A stretch of 64,000 nucleotides of DNA from assembly GCA_963802945.1 (NCBI GenBank), contig CAWDKY010000029.1:32001-96000 (forward strand), in the 5' to 3' direction. Source of the DNA: an uncultured delta proteobacterium. GTDB taxonomy: Bacteria; Desulfobacterota; RBG-13-43-22. Of this stretch, positions 42,578 through 50,865 are shown piece after piece; within the stretch, counting starts at the first letter, position 1, and each line of letters begins with the position of its first letter. Under the pieces are notes generated by a model, which had not been told where the DNA came from, did not search any database, and saw nothing but the letters and a program-made list of their open reading frames with translations. The translations under genes were made by a program, and so were the position numbers.

Positions 42578-43342
42578 TTCGTACTTTGTAATGACATTGT
42601 CAACTAGGTCGATAATAAAATCGGTAGTCTTTACCTCGGAGATGCTTATGGAAGAGGGGTGAGCTGAGGAATTTCTAATACCTAGTTTTGTGTCGAGTAT
42701 CTTGCGAACGTCATTGCTTATGATCTTGGCCCCTCTAGCGAGTTCAACCAGTTTGCTCTCCGGCATCTCGGTGAAGTCATCGATCTTGGAAATTCTAGAA
42801 ATTTTGATTCTTTTGTCTTTGTCTTTTGCTAATGCTGAGTTGAATGACGATAATTCATTTTTCAGGATGTATTCGCAAAGGTGATAGACGGCAAGAATCC
42901 AAACCAAAACTATCGCCGCTCTTCTGGCACCAATTTCATAACAATCAATAGCTTCTTGAAGAAACGATTGCTCCTTTTTATCTCTAAGCTTGGAAAGTAA
43001 TGCCCGGAGCAAGTAGCTCGTTTCGATTTTAGCTGGTCCAGTATGGAGAGATTTTTGAATATATAGTTGATAACTTCGTTCAAGTTGGTAGCCATCGCGC
43101 GTTTTAATATATTTTGGTTTATCGCCCCCCTTACCTTTGAAGCTCCGTGAAAGGTATGCAGGGATGTTTGAATACTTGTTAAGTCTACTGAGACTGAAAC
43201 ACGCCTCAACGTCCGACGCTTGGACAGCATCCTTGGATTCGATTACGGTCAGGTAATAAACGAAATAGTCGATCAGACTAGCAGGAGTCTGCGTATCAAG
43301 ATCCGGCACTTGCAATAGAAAATTATCCAGCTTCTCGTTCAC
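42572..43342 (-). CDS. Hypothetical protein: N-terminal wHTH-like domain + C-terminal HEPN domain
   Basis: FLQEAIDCYEIGARRAAIV helix and RNSSAH (Rx4H) motif. Confidence 0.72.
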   Translation of the reverse strand: MNEKLDNFLLQVPDLDTQTPASLIDYFVYYLTVIESKDAVQASDVEACFSLSRLNKYSNIPAYLSRSFKGKGGDKPKYIKTRDGYQLERSYQLYIQKSLHTGPAKIETSYLLRALLSKLRDKKEQSFLQEAIDCYEIGARRAAIVLVWILAVYHLCEYILKNELSSFNSALAKDKDKRIKISRISKIDDFTEMPESKLVELARGAKIISNDVRKILDTKLGIRNSSAHPSSISISEVKTTDFIIDLVDNVITKYEI

Positions 43343-43344
43343 GG

Positions 43345-43908
43345 TTACTCGCTATCCTCTGCCTTGCCAAGATCATGTTCTAAATAATTGATCCCAGCAA
43401 TGGGAACCTTAATGTCTTCAAGCGAGCTTGTATCGATCCACCCTTTGTGATGGGATGTATCGAGCAGGCTTTGGGCCAGCGCCATTGGAGATTTAATTCC
43501 CTTGATGTGGCGATAACATGTGAAGACGTGATCCACTGTAATAGGAGTATGCTCAATAACTTGCTGCAAGTAGTAACAAAACACTAGATTCTTCTCGAAA
43601 TTCGACTTAGCCGAGTATTGCTCATAGAAGTCCTTCAGATTAGATTTCTTACCTTTTCCGGAGAGATCAAGATCCTTAACGATTTTCGGTGCTGTCTTAC
43701 CCGTGTTGGCCTTTCGTTTCTTGGCAGACTTTCCTGCTTGTTTGTCTGGTTGCGTTCTTCCTATCGTCTTAGTTTGAGACCGATGTTTCAGGTGCGTCTG
43801 CTGGATTTGTTCCTTGAAGTCCGTGTAAATGGAGAGAACGAATTCCTCAGTTCCCTCAGCTTCAATTGTTCCCTGGGTCAAGTCGATTCTGATTCTTGTT
43901 TGAGTCAT
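43345..43908 (-). CDS. Hypothetical protein: short beta N-domain, basic linker, C-terminal wHTH-like domain
   Basis: AGGAGAGG RBS; 187 aa; 2-nt gap to the HEPN gene. Confidence 0.7.
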   Translation of the reverse strand: MTQTRIRIDLTQGTIEAEGTEEFVLSIYTDFKEQIQQTHLKHRSQTKTIGRTQPDKQAGKSAKKRKANTGKTAPKIVKDLDLSGKGKKSNLKDFYEQYSAKSNFEKNLVFCYYLQQVIEHTPITVDHVFTCYRHIKGIKSPMALAQSLLDTSHHKGWIDTSSLEDIKVPIAGINYLEHDLGKAEDSE

Positions 43909-43932
43909 TCTTCCTCTCCTTTCAAAATTTAT

Positions 43933-44285
43933 CAAGTTATTCTAAAGTCTTCTGTATATCTCCCCAAGCCAAGGGGGCCATCGGGATTATCATTAATGGA
44001 TATTTATCTTGACTTAATTACCCGAAGACATCCCTCCACACAAATTTTTTATGGCTATAACCGGCACGGGTTTTAACATTAATAGGATCGTAGGTAAAGG
44101 GAATGCTTGGTTGATTGGATGGATCTTTTGGGATATGGGTCTGGGCCATAAATCTCCTTAAGATCTTAAAGAAAGAAATTTGGAAAAATTGGTTAGACTT
44201 GGTCAGTATAACATAACCAGTTAAATTGTCGAGAAATTTCTTATGGAAGAAATACGTTTATTAAGAAGTGTAAAAACTTGAGCAA
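43933..44285 (-). repeat. Repeat family C copy 1 (promoter + 43-aa leader ORF 44149-44018 + core-like site)
   Basis: Collinear with 45881-46265. Confidence 0.85.
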
Positions 44286-44395
44286 ATGGGGGGGAAAGGG
44301 TATTTTTCGACTCATAGTAGCATAGTGGAACCCCAAAGGTTCGGCAAATACCTTCAATGTCCTTTTGCGAGGCCTGGTCTAAATGACCCATTGTT

Positions 44396-45787
44396 TCATG
44401 ACCCCCTTACAGAATTTTGCCTATTGCCCGAGTAACATATAAAGTCTTCATACACCTTGCGATTCAACTGGATATTCCTTCTGTATGAAAGGTTGCCCAC
44501 GAGACTGAGCCACGGCTTGCGGCGTTGCCATATGTTGCTCCACACCCTGCGCAGAATGCGCGGCATGGAGTAGAAACCCCGGTCGCAGGTAATCTTTTCC
44601 TGAATCACGTCGGCAAGAGATAAATGCCTATATCGGGCAACCGGGAAGGTCAGCGTGTAATATTTCCAGTCTTCCGGAAACCTATTAAGGGCGATGCGGT
44701 CCTCCGATTTCATCCGGTCCCACAGGCGCGTGCCCGGCAAGGGCGTCAGAAATAACGTGTTGAGATTGTCTACGCCATACCGACTGGCCACCTCGGCGAT
44801 ACGTTTGCCGATGCCCGGCTCGTCTATGTCCAGACCGATGACAAAGGACCCTACGACCAGTATCTTGTGCCGCTGTATACGCTGCACGGAGGTGCGGAAG
44901 TCCCGGCCCTTCAGTAGGTTGAATTTCTTGCCGATTTCCCGAAGCCCTTCCGGTGAGAGGGACTCAAAGCCGATAAAGACGCCTCGGCACCCGGCCTTCG
45001 CGGCCAATGAAAGGAGTTCTTCATCATCGGCGAAGTTAATGGTGACCTGGGCAACCCATTCCTTTCGCAGGTTCGCTTGTGACATGGCACGGAACAGGTC
45101 CTTGGCGCGGGCGATATGTTCAGGACGTGTGCCGATGAGATTATCGTCCACCAGCAGAACATGTTTCTCGCGGATCAACTGGAATTCCCGGACGATATCC
45201 GGAATGGGTCGCAGCCTGTAGTGGGCACCGTTAAAGGCTGTCACGCTGCAAAAGGTGCAGTTCAGTGGGCAGCCTCGTGTGGTCTGAATAGCTCCGAGGG
45301 CGTATCCCGTATTAAGCAAATCATGGCGGGCTAAGGGGACATCGTCGATCTCGGCGAGCCCTCCGTCATACCGGCGCTTCAGACTCCCACGTTGGGCATC
45401 CTCCAGGACCTCCCGCCAGATGCTCTCAGCTTCCCCTGTGACAACCGAGTCCACACGCTCCATGACCTCCTCTAAGCACATGGTTGCGTGAATACCGCCC
45501 ATGACGACGGGCACACCCAGACTCCGGAAGGAAGCGGCCACTTCATAGGCGCGGGTCGCCTGGGAAGTGAAAGCGGTAATGCCCACCAGGTCCGGCCGCG
45601 GCATGGCTGAATAGTCCGGCACTCCGAGGTTCTCGTCCACAATCGAGATTTCCCACTCCGGCGGGGTCAGTCCCGCGAGAACCATAAGGCCGAGGGGTTT
45701 CCACACCCGGTACCGGTTCCAGCGGCTCTCATTGATTTTGGTGATGGCGACCAGTGGGTTTGAAGGGTTGATCAAATATAGTCGCAT
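44396..45787 (-). CDS. B12-binding domain radical SAM protein
   Basis: VVMGGIHAT, GEAE, RGCPLNCTFCS, LTPLPGT. Confidence 0.92.
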   Translation of the reverse strand: MRLYLINPSNPLVAITKINESRWNRYRVWKPLGLMVLAGLTPPEWEISIVDENLGVPDYSAMPRPDLVGITAFTSQATRAYEVAASFRSLGVPVVMGGIHATMCLEEVMERVDSVVTGEAESIWREVLEDAQRGSLKRRYDGGLAEIDDVPLARHDLLNTGYALGAIQTTRGCPLNCTFCSVTAFNGAHYRLRPIPDIVREFQLIREKHVLLVDDNLIGTRPEHIARAKDLFRAMSQANLRKEWVAQVTINFADDEELLSLAAKAGCRGVFIGFESLSPEGLREIGKKFNLLKGRDFRTSVQRIQRHKILVVGSFVIGLDIDEPGIGKRIAEVASRYGVDNLNTLFLTPLPGTRLWDRMKSEDRIALNRFPEDWKYYTLTFPVARYRHLSLADVIQEKITCDRGFYSMPRILRRVWSNIWQRRKPWLSLVGNLSYRRNIQLNRKVYEDFICYSGNRQNSVRGS

Positions 45788-45880
45788 AGCGCGTATTCGG
45801 TCCTGGTCATGGAGGTCCTTGTCTTCTCCTTTTGCTCACTTCCGTTTTCGTGAATGATTTGTTGTAATTCCTATTCTTTG

Positions 45881-46265
45881 GCTAACAAGTTATTCTGTGG
45901 TTTCTTAATATCTCCCCAACCCAAAGAGGCCTTCAGGGGTATAGTTAATGGCTGTTTATCTTAACTTAATTGCCCGAAGACATCCCCCTACACCTTTAAG
46001 ATTATATAGAAACGTCAGGATTATTTTTGTTTTATCAGAGGGATAATCGGGACGGGTCTTAACAATAAGAGGATTATGGGCAAAGGTAATGAATGATTGA
46101 TTGAATGGATCTTTTGAGACATGGATCTTGGCCATAAATCTCCTCAAGATCTTGAAGAAAGAATTTTGAAGAATCTTAAACTAATGGTCATTATAACATA
46201 ACCAGTTAAATTGTCGAGAAATTTCTTGTGGAAGAAACAGACTTAATAGGGTGTGTGAAAACCTT
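45881..46265 (-). repeat. Repeat family C copy 2 (promoter + leader ORF 46135-45956 + GTTAGCC core)
   Basis: Collinear with 43933-44285; TCGACA-N16-TATAAT with TG extension. Confidence 0.85.
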
Positions 46266-46352
46266 GACAAAGATTGATTACTGTGTAGAATTTCACACAA
46301 GGCATATTTTACAATAGTCTTAAAATGTTATCATTTAAAATGAAAAATGAAA

Positions 46353-46401
46353 TTATAATAAATGTCGGTACTTGACTGTAAATACCGACATTTATTATAA
46401 T
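46353..46401 (+). promoter_or_regulatory. abiE promoter with inverted-repeat operator
   Basis: Perfect 18-bp arms TTATAATAAATGTCGGTA; TTGACT-N18-TATAAT. Confidence 0.8.
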
Positions 46402-46407
46402 ACCCCC

Positions 46408-47016
46408 ATGAAATCAACGAAATCACTGGAAAGCATACTGAATAAGGTAAACATTGGGGCTTTTTTTCACCCGCGCCATCTTGAGCCTTTTGGCATTTCA
46501 TTTCAAGATCTCCAGCGCCTGGTAAAGATGGACAAAATTGAAAAGGTTGGAAAGGGTCTCTACCGCCTGACAGCAATCAAACCGACCGAATTGGAAACCA
46601 TCGCCATGGTTTGTTCCGCTGTCCCTTCGGGAATTATTTGCTTGCTTTCGGCGCTTCTCATCCACGAAATCGGGACACAGAACCCTCATGAAATCTGGCT
46701 GGCGATCGACGTGAAGGCTCGCAAACCAGCCCATCTTCCGGCACGTGTGCGGTTCTTCCGTTTCTCCGGTGTCATGCTCACTTATGGCGTCCAGACTCGA
46801 ACGGTTCAAGGGATTCCAGTACACATCACCTCACCGGCTCGTACGGTGGTGGATTGTTTCCGTTATCGTAATAAAATCGGAATTGATGTAGCTATCGAGG
46901 CTCTTCGCGATGCCGTCCGCTCTCGCAAAGCGACCGTTGATGAGATCGTACGGGCCGCCGAGGCATGCCGTGCCCGGACTATAATGCGGACCTACCTGGA
47001 ATCTTTGACCCCATGA
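46408..47016 (+). CDS. Type IV TA antitoxin, AbiEi family
   Basis: IEKVGKGLYRL, ICLLSAL..HEI, TSPARTVVDCFRYRNKIG. Confidence 0.9.
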   Translation: MKSTKSLESILNKVNIGAFFHPRHLEPFGISFQDLQRLVKMDKIEKVGKGLYRLTAIKPTELETIAMVCSAVPSGIICLLSALLIHEIGTQNPHEIWLAIDVKARKPAHLPARVRFFRFSGVMLTYGVQTRTVQGIPVHITSPARTVVDCFRYRNKIGIDVAIEALRDAVRSRKATVDEIVRAAEACRARTIMRTYLESLTP

Positions 47017-47951
47017 CTGCCCGGGTACCCCGCAACATAGCTGCTTCAGTTCATGCCAGGCTTCTGAACCGTAGTCGAGAGACAGGGGAAGACTTTCAAT
47101 TTCTCCTACACCGATATGTCGCCGAGAGATTTCTGTATCGGTTGGGCGTTTCGATATACCGTGACCATTATGTACTCAAAGGAGCGATGCTTTACGCCCT
47201 ATGGGGTGGATCGATTTACAGACCAACCCGTGACCTTGACTTTACAGGATATGGGAGCAGCCTAACCGAGGATGTACTTTCTGCCTTTCGAAGCATCTGC
47301 GAACTTTCAGTCGAAAATGACGGACTCTCCTTTGATTCTTCCTCCTTCAAAACAGAGCCCATTCGCGATGAAACTGAGTATCAGGGAATTCGTATCCGCT
47401 TTCAGGTAAGGCTTGGCAACGCACGAATCCAAATGCAAGTTGATATCGGGTTTGCAAATGCTATAGAGCCGCCGGCATCTTATGAGTCTTACCCGATCCT
47501 CCTCGATGGGCCGTCCCCACAAATTCGGACCTATCCTCCCGAGGCAGTGGTTGCCGAAAAATTTCATACCATGGTCGTACTCGGCGAGATTAATAGCAGG
47601 TTAAAAGATTTCTATGACCTCCACGCCCTTGCCTCTCAATTTTATTTTGAAGGGGCGAGGGTCGCCCGGGCCATCGAAGTTACCTTTGAGAGGAGACGCA
47701 CAACCATCGAACCCGCCTTACCGGCAGTGCTTACACCTCGTTTTTTTACTGATGTTAGACGTAGAGAACAATGGCGCTCTTATCTTTTTCGCAACAATCT
47801 GCCCGGTGTGCCAGAGGATTTTACCGTTCTTGGGAAAGTTAATATATCGTTTCTCGTCCCTGTTTGGGGCGCTATTGCCAAACGATCAACATTTGATTTG
47901 ATCTGGCCTCCTAGGGGGCCTTGGAAACCAATCAGGAAGAAAGGCCGATAA
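47013..47951 (+). CDS. Type IV TA nucleotidyltransferase toxin, AbiEii family
   Basis: VLKGAML..RPTRDLDF, VAEKF, NSRLKDFYD; ATGA overlap with the antitoxin. Confidence 0.92.
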   Translation: MTARVPRNIAASVHARLLNRSRETGEDFQFLLHRYVAERFLYRLGVSIYRDHYVLKGAMLYALWGGSIYRPTRDLDFTGYGSSLTEDVLSAFRSICELSVENDGLSFDSSSFKTEPIRDETEYQGIRIRFQVRLGNARIQMQVDIGFANAIEPPASYESYPILLDGPSPQIRTYPPEAVVAEKFHTMVVLGEINSRLKDFYDLHALASQFYFEGARVARAIEVTFERRRTTIEPALPAVLTPRFFTDVRRREQWRSYLFRNNLPGVPEDFTVLGKVNISFLVPVWGAIAKRSTFDLIWPPRGPWKPIRKKGR

Positions 47952-48095
47952 TATATTGGGAAAAATCAAAAGGCTTCATTTGTGGTTAACCGATTCCCAG
48001 AATTGATTGGGCTTAAAGTTATCGAAAAAGATTTGACAAACCACGATTCATTTTTTACCAATTTCATAAACACCATTAAATTTTAGGAGGTATCA

Positions 48096-48761
48096 ATGGA
48101 AATCAGAGAGGTTATAAAAGGAAGGCGAAGCATACGAAAGTACAAAGCGGATGAAGTTTCCGAAAAAATAATCCGCGAAATTATCGAGGATGCGCGCTGG
48201 GCGCCCTCGGGCGGTAATACGCAACCGTGGGAGCTATATGTAGCTACCGGGGAATCACTTAGGAAATTTAAAGAAGCCAATCAACGAAATCTTCTCGAAG
48301 GAGTACCGTTAACTCCGGACATAGCCATGCAACAGGACTGGCCGGAAGTCATGAAAAGGCGATATCAGGCCGTGACTAAAAACACATTGACCTCCCAAAA
48401 TATTGACCGGAAAGATAAAGAGGCACGACGGCGGTTCAATGCCGAGATGTTTGCCATTTTTGATGCTCCTGGCCTTATCCTCTTCTGTCTCGACAAGGCC
48501 TTGTCTGTAGGATACGCCATGCTCGACATAGGCATGATACTACAAACCGTCTGTTCGCTGGCCTATGACCGAGGATTGGGGACCTGCATTTTAGCGGCTT
48601 CCATACTGTACCCTCAGGTTGCCAGGGAAATTCTCTTTGTCCCCGAAAGCAAAAATGTGATCATCGGCATTGCCATCGGATATCCTGACTGGGAAGCACC
48701 CGTGAATAATTTTAAGAGAGAAAGGGCGGAGTTGGATGAATTTGTCTTTTGGTTAAAGTAA
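48096..48761 (+). CDS. Nitroreductase family protein
   Basis: RRSIRKY, APSGGNTQPW, GLGTC, IAIGYP. Confidence 0.92.
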   Translation: MEIREVIKGRRSIRKYKADEVSEKIIREIIEDARWAPSGGNTQPWELYVATGESLRKFKEANQRNLLEGVPLTPDIAMQQDWPEVMKRRYQAVTKNTLTSQNIDRKDKEARRRFNAEMFAIFDAPGLILFCLDKALSVGYAMLDIGMILQTVCSLAYDRGLGTCILAASILYPQVAREILFVPESKNVIIGIAIGYPDWEAPVNNFKRERAELDEFVFWLK

Positions 48762-48790
48762 ACCATCACACCAGGAAAGATTGAAACTAA

Positions 48791-48879
48791 TAGGTTGCTG
48801 AAACAGGGGACCGCCCCGAAGGGGTGGGAGTGAGACGAGATGTGGGGCGAACAAAAAGGCCCATCTTTGAGCAACCTGT
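48791..48879. mobile_element. MITE-like element, family D
   Basis: TIR AGGTTGCTGAAA...TTTGAGCAACCT. Confidence 0.6.
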
Positions 48880-48947
48880 AAAAAAAAGTTTTTCCACATC
48901 CTGTTAATCAATAAAACCTAAAGGGTACTATTTCTGAGGCCCAGAAT

Positions 48948-49355
48948 ATGACTGGAAAAATTCTAAAAGCTTCAAAACCGACCAAGCGCTTTTTAGAATT
49001 GATCGGGCTTAAATTCATCAAAAGGGAAAAAGGGTTCTGCCGGTCCGAGCTTTTCATAACCGCATCTCTTTTAAATCCTTATGATACGGTGCACGGCGGG
49101 GTGGTCTATTCCATGGCCGACACCGGAATGGGCGGGGCCCTTTCCACTTGTCTGGAAGAAGACGAACGCTGTTCGACCCTTGAAATCAAGATCAACTACT
49201 TAAAATCCGTGCATTCAGGCAGGTTGATATGCGATACCAAAGTTATCCACAAGGGGAAAAATATCGCTTTTCTGGAATCGGTGGTCAAAGACCACCGAGG
49301 CAAGCCAGTGGCCACGGCCACTGGGACTTTTAATATATTCAAGATGTCAAGCTGA
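48948..49355 (+). CDS. PaaI family thioesterase
   Basis: NPYDTVHGGVVYSMAD, TLEIKINYL. Confidence 0.9.
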   Translation: MTGKILKASKPTKRFLELIGLKFIKREKGFCRSELFITASLLNPYDTVHGGVVYSMADTGMGGALSTCLEEDERCSTLEIKINYLKSVHSGRLICDTKVIHKGKNIAFLESVVKDHRGKPVATATGTFNIFKMSS

Positions 49356-49390
49356 GGATTTCCGAACAGACTAATGATAGAGTTGGTATC

Positions 49391-49936
49391 ATGAGTGAAG
49401 ATAGGGTATACCACCAACCAATCGAAAAACTCCGCGATCCAGACCGTCTGGCCTTTCTGGAAACCGATAAGGTCGTCAAGTTTTGTCTTGAGGGGATTAA
49501 CCCTCGGACGATCCTCGATGTCGGAACCGGCAGCGGTATCTTTGCGGAAGCTTTCTTCCATCGGGGCCTGAAGGTGACCGGGGTCGATATCCAGGAGCCG
49601 ATGCTGGAGGCGGCGCGGACTTACGTTCCCGGTGCAAGTTTTCATTTGGCCCCGTCGGAAAACCTGCCTTTCGAGGAAAATGCCTTTGACCTTGTTTTTC
49701 TGGGGTTGTTGCTCCATGAATCGGAGCAACCCTTAGAGACGCTCAAGGAATCCGCCCGGGTCTGCACTCTTAGAACAGCGGTTTTGGAATGGCCTTATGA
49801 AGAGGGGAAATATGGTCCGCCGCTTGAGTACCGCATTGAACCGGAACAACTCCAAAGTTTGGCGGCCTCGGCCGGTTTTTCCCGGATCAGGACCATTCCC
49901 TTGAAATTATTGTCTCTCTATTTGCTAGATAAATAA
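49391..49936 (+). CDS. Class I SAM-dependent methyltransferase
   Basis: LDVGTGSG, ENLPF..FDLV. Confidence 0.88.
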   Translation: MSEDRVYHQPIEKLRDPDRLAFLETDKVVKFCLEGINPRTILDVGTGSGIFAEAFFHRGLKVTGVDIQEPMLEAARTYVPGASFHLAPSENLPFEENAFDLVFLGLLLHESEQPLETLKESARVCTLRTAVLEWPYEEGKYGPPLEYRIEPEQLQSLAASAGFSRIRTIPLKLLSLYLLDK

Positions 49937-50064
49937 CAGGTTGCTGAAACCGGGGACCGCATTTCTCGGAATTTCTTCGCGTAAAAGACAACGCTCAGTC
50001 CCACCCCTTCGGGGCGGTTCACGGTTTCTGGCGCCTTGTATCTAGACCTTTTTGAGCAACCTGT
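49936..50064. mobile_element. MITE-like element, family D
   Basis: TIR ACAGGTTGCTGAAA...TTTGAGCAACCTGT. Confidence 0.65.
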
Positions 50065-50212
50065 CAAAATGTGTTTTTCCGTACCCTTTTTAGGGACTAA
50101 CGATAGGGATAGCGGCTTGTTTGTGGAAATGGGGCGGGCGGCGTTATGGTTTTTGATTTTTCAAGATATTGGAAATTTCAATCTTGATGCAAAAGGGAAG
50201 AGGCCGATTCGG

Positions 50213-50671
50213 TTATTTTTTTTCTCGCTCTAGGCGGTCGGCTTCCCGTTTCAGGTCTTTTTTCTTTATGGCTTCTCTTTTGTCATAAAGTTTCTTCCCT
50301 TTGGCCAGGGCCAGCTCAACCTTGGCCTTGCCCTCGAGGAAATACAGCTTAAGAGGAACTACGGTTAAACCTTTTTCCTGAATCTTGCCGATCATTCGCC
50401 TGATTTCTTGTTTATGCAGAAGAAGCTTGCGGGTCCGGGTCGGATCCTGCTCATGTAATGGGGAATTTTCATAGGGGCTGATATGGACCTCATATAAAAA
50501 CATTTCCCCACCCTTGGGTTTGGCATAACTGTCTTTAAGGTTGGCCCTCCCGAGACGCAGGGATTTGACCTCTGATCCGGTCAACACCAGACCGGCTTCA
50601 ATGGTCTCCTGAATATGGTAATCGTGATGGGCCTTGCGATTTTGGCTAATGATTTTTATGTGTTCGGCCAT
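50213..50671 (-). CDS. smpB: SsrA-binding protein
   Basis: NRKAHHDY, GSEVKSLR, RKLLLHK, GKKLYDKRE. Confidence 0.98.
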   Translation of the reverse strand: MAEHIKIISQNRKAHHDYHIQETIEAGLVLTGSEVKSLRLGRANLKDSYAKPKGGEMFLYEVHISPYENSPLHEQDPTRTRKLLLHKQEIRRMIGKIQEKGLTVVPLKLYFLEGKAKVELALAKGKKLYDKREAIKKKDLKREADRLEREKK

Positions 50672-50682
50672 ATTTTTTTTTA

Positions 50683-50809
50683 ACAGGCTGATGAAAACCG
50701 CCTATCTGCTGTGTTGCACTTCACCTTTCGTCATTCCAACGTACTTCAATGTACGTATCATTCCTCAAGGGTTGCGCGCCTTGCATTTAGACGTTTTTGA
50801 TCAGCCCGT
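50683..50809. mobile_element. MITE-like element, family D
   Basis: ACAGGCTGATGAAAA...TTTTGATCAGCCCGT; related to 55472-55611. Confidence 0.6.
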
Positions 50810-50865
50810 AACCTCATTAAATTTTATATCGACCATCAGCGTTTTTCCATGAATCCATAGTTTGT

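Noticed and set aside
43618-44076. 152-aa plus-strand ORF over the wHTH gene and repeat C
   Set aside because: Antisense to a better-supported ORF with RBS; no motif
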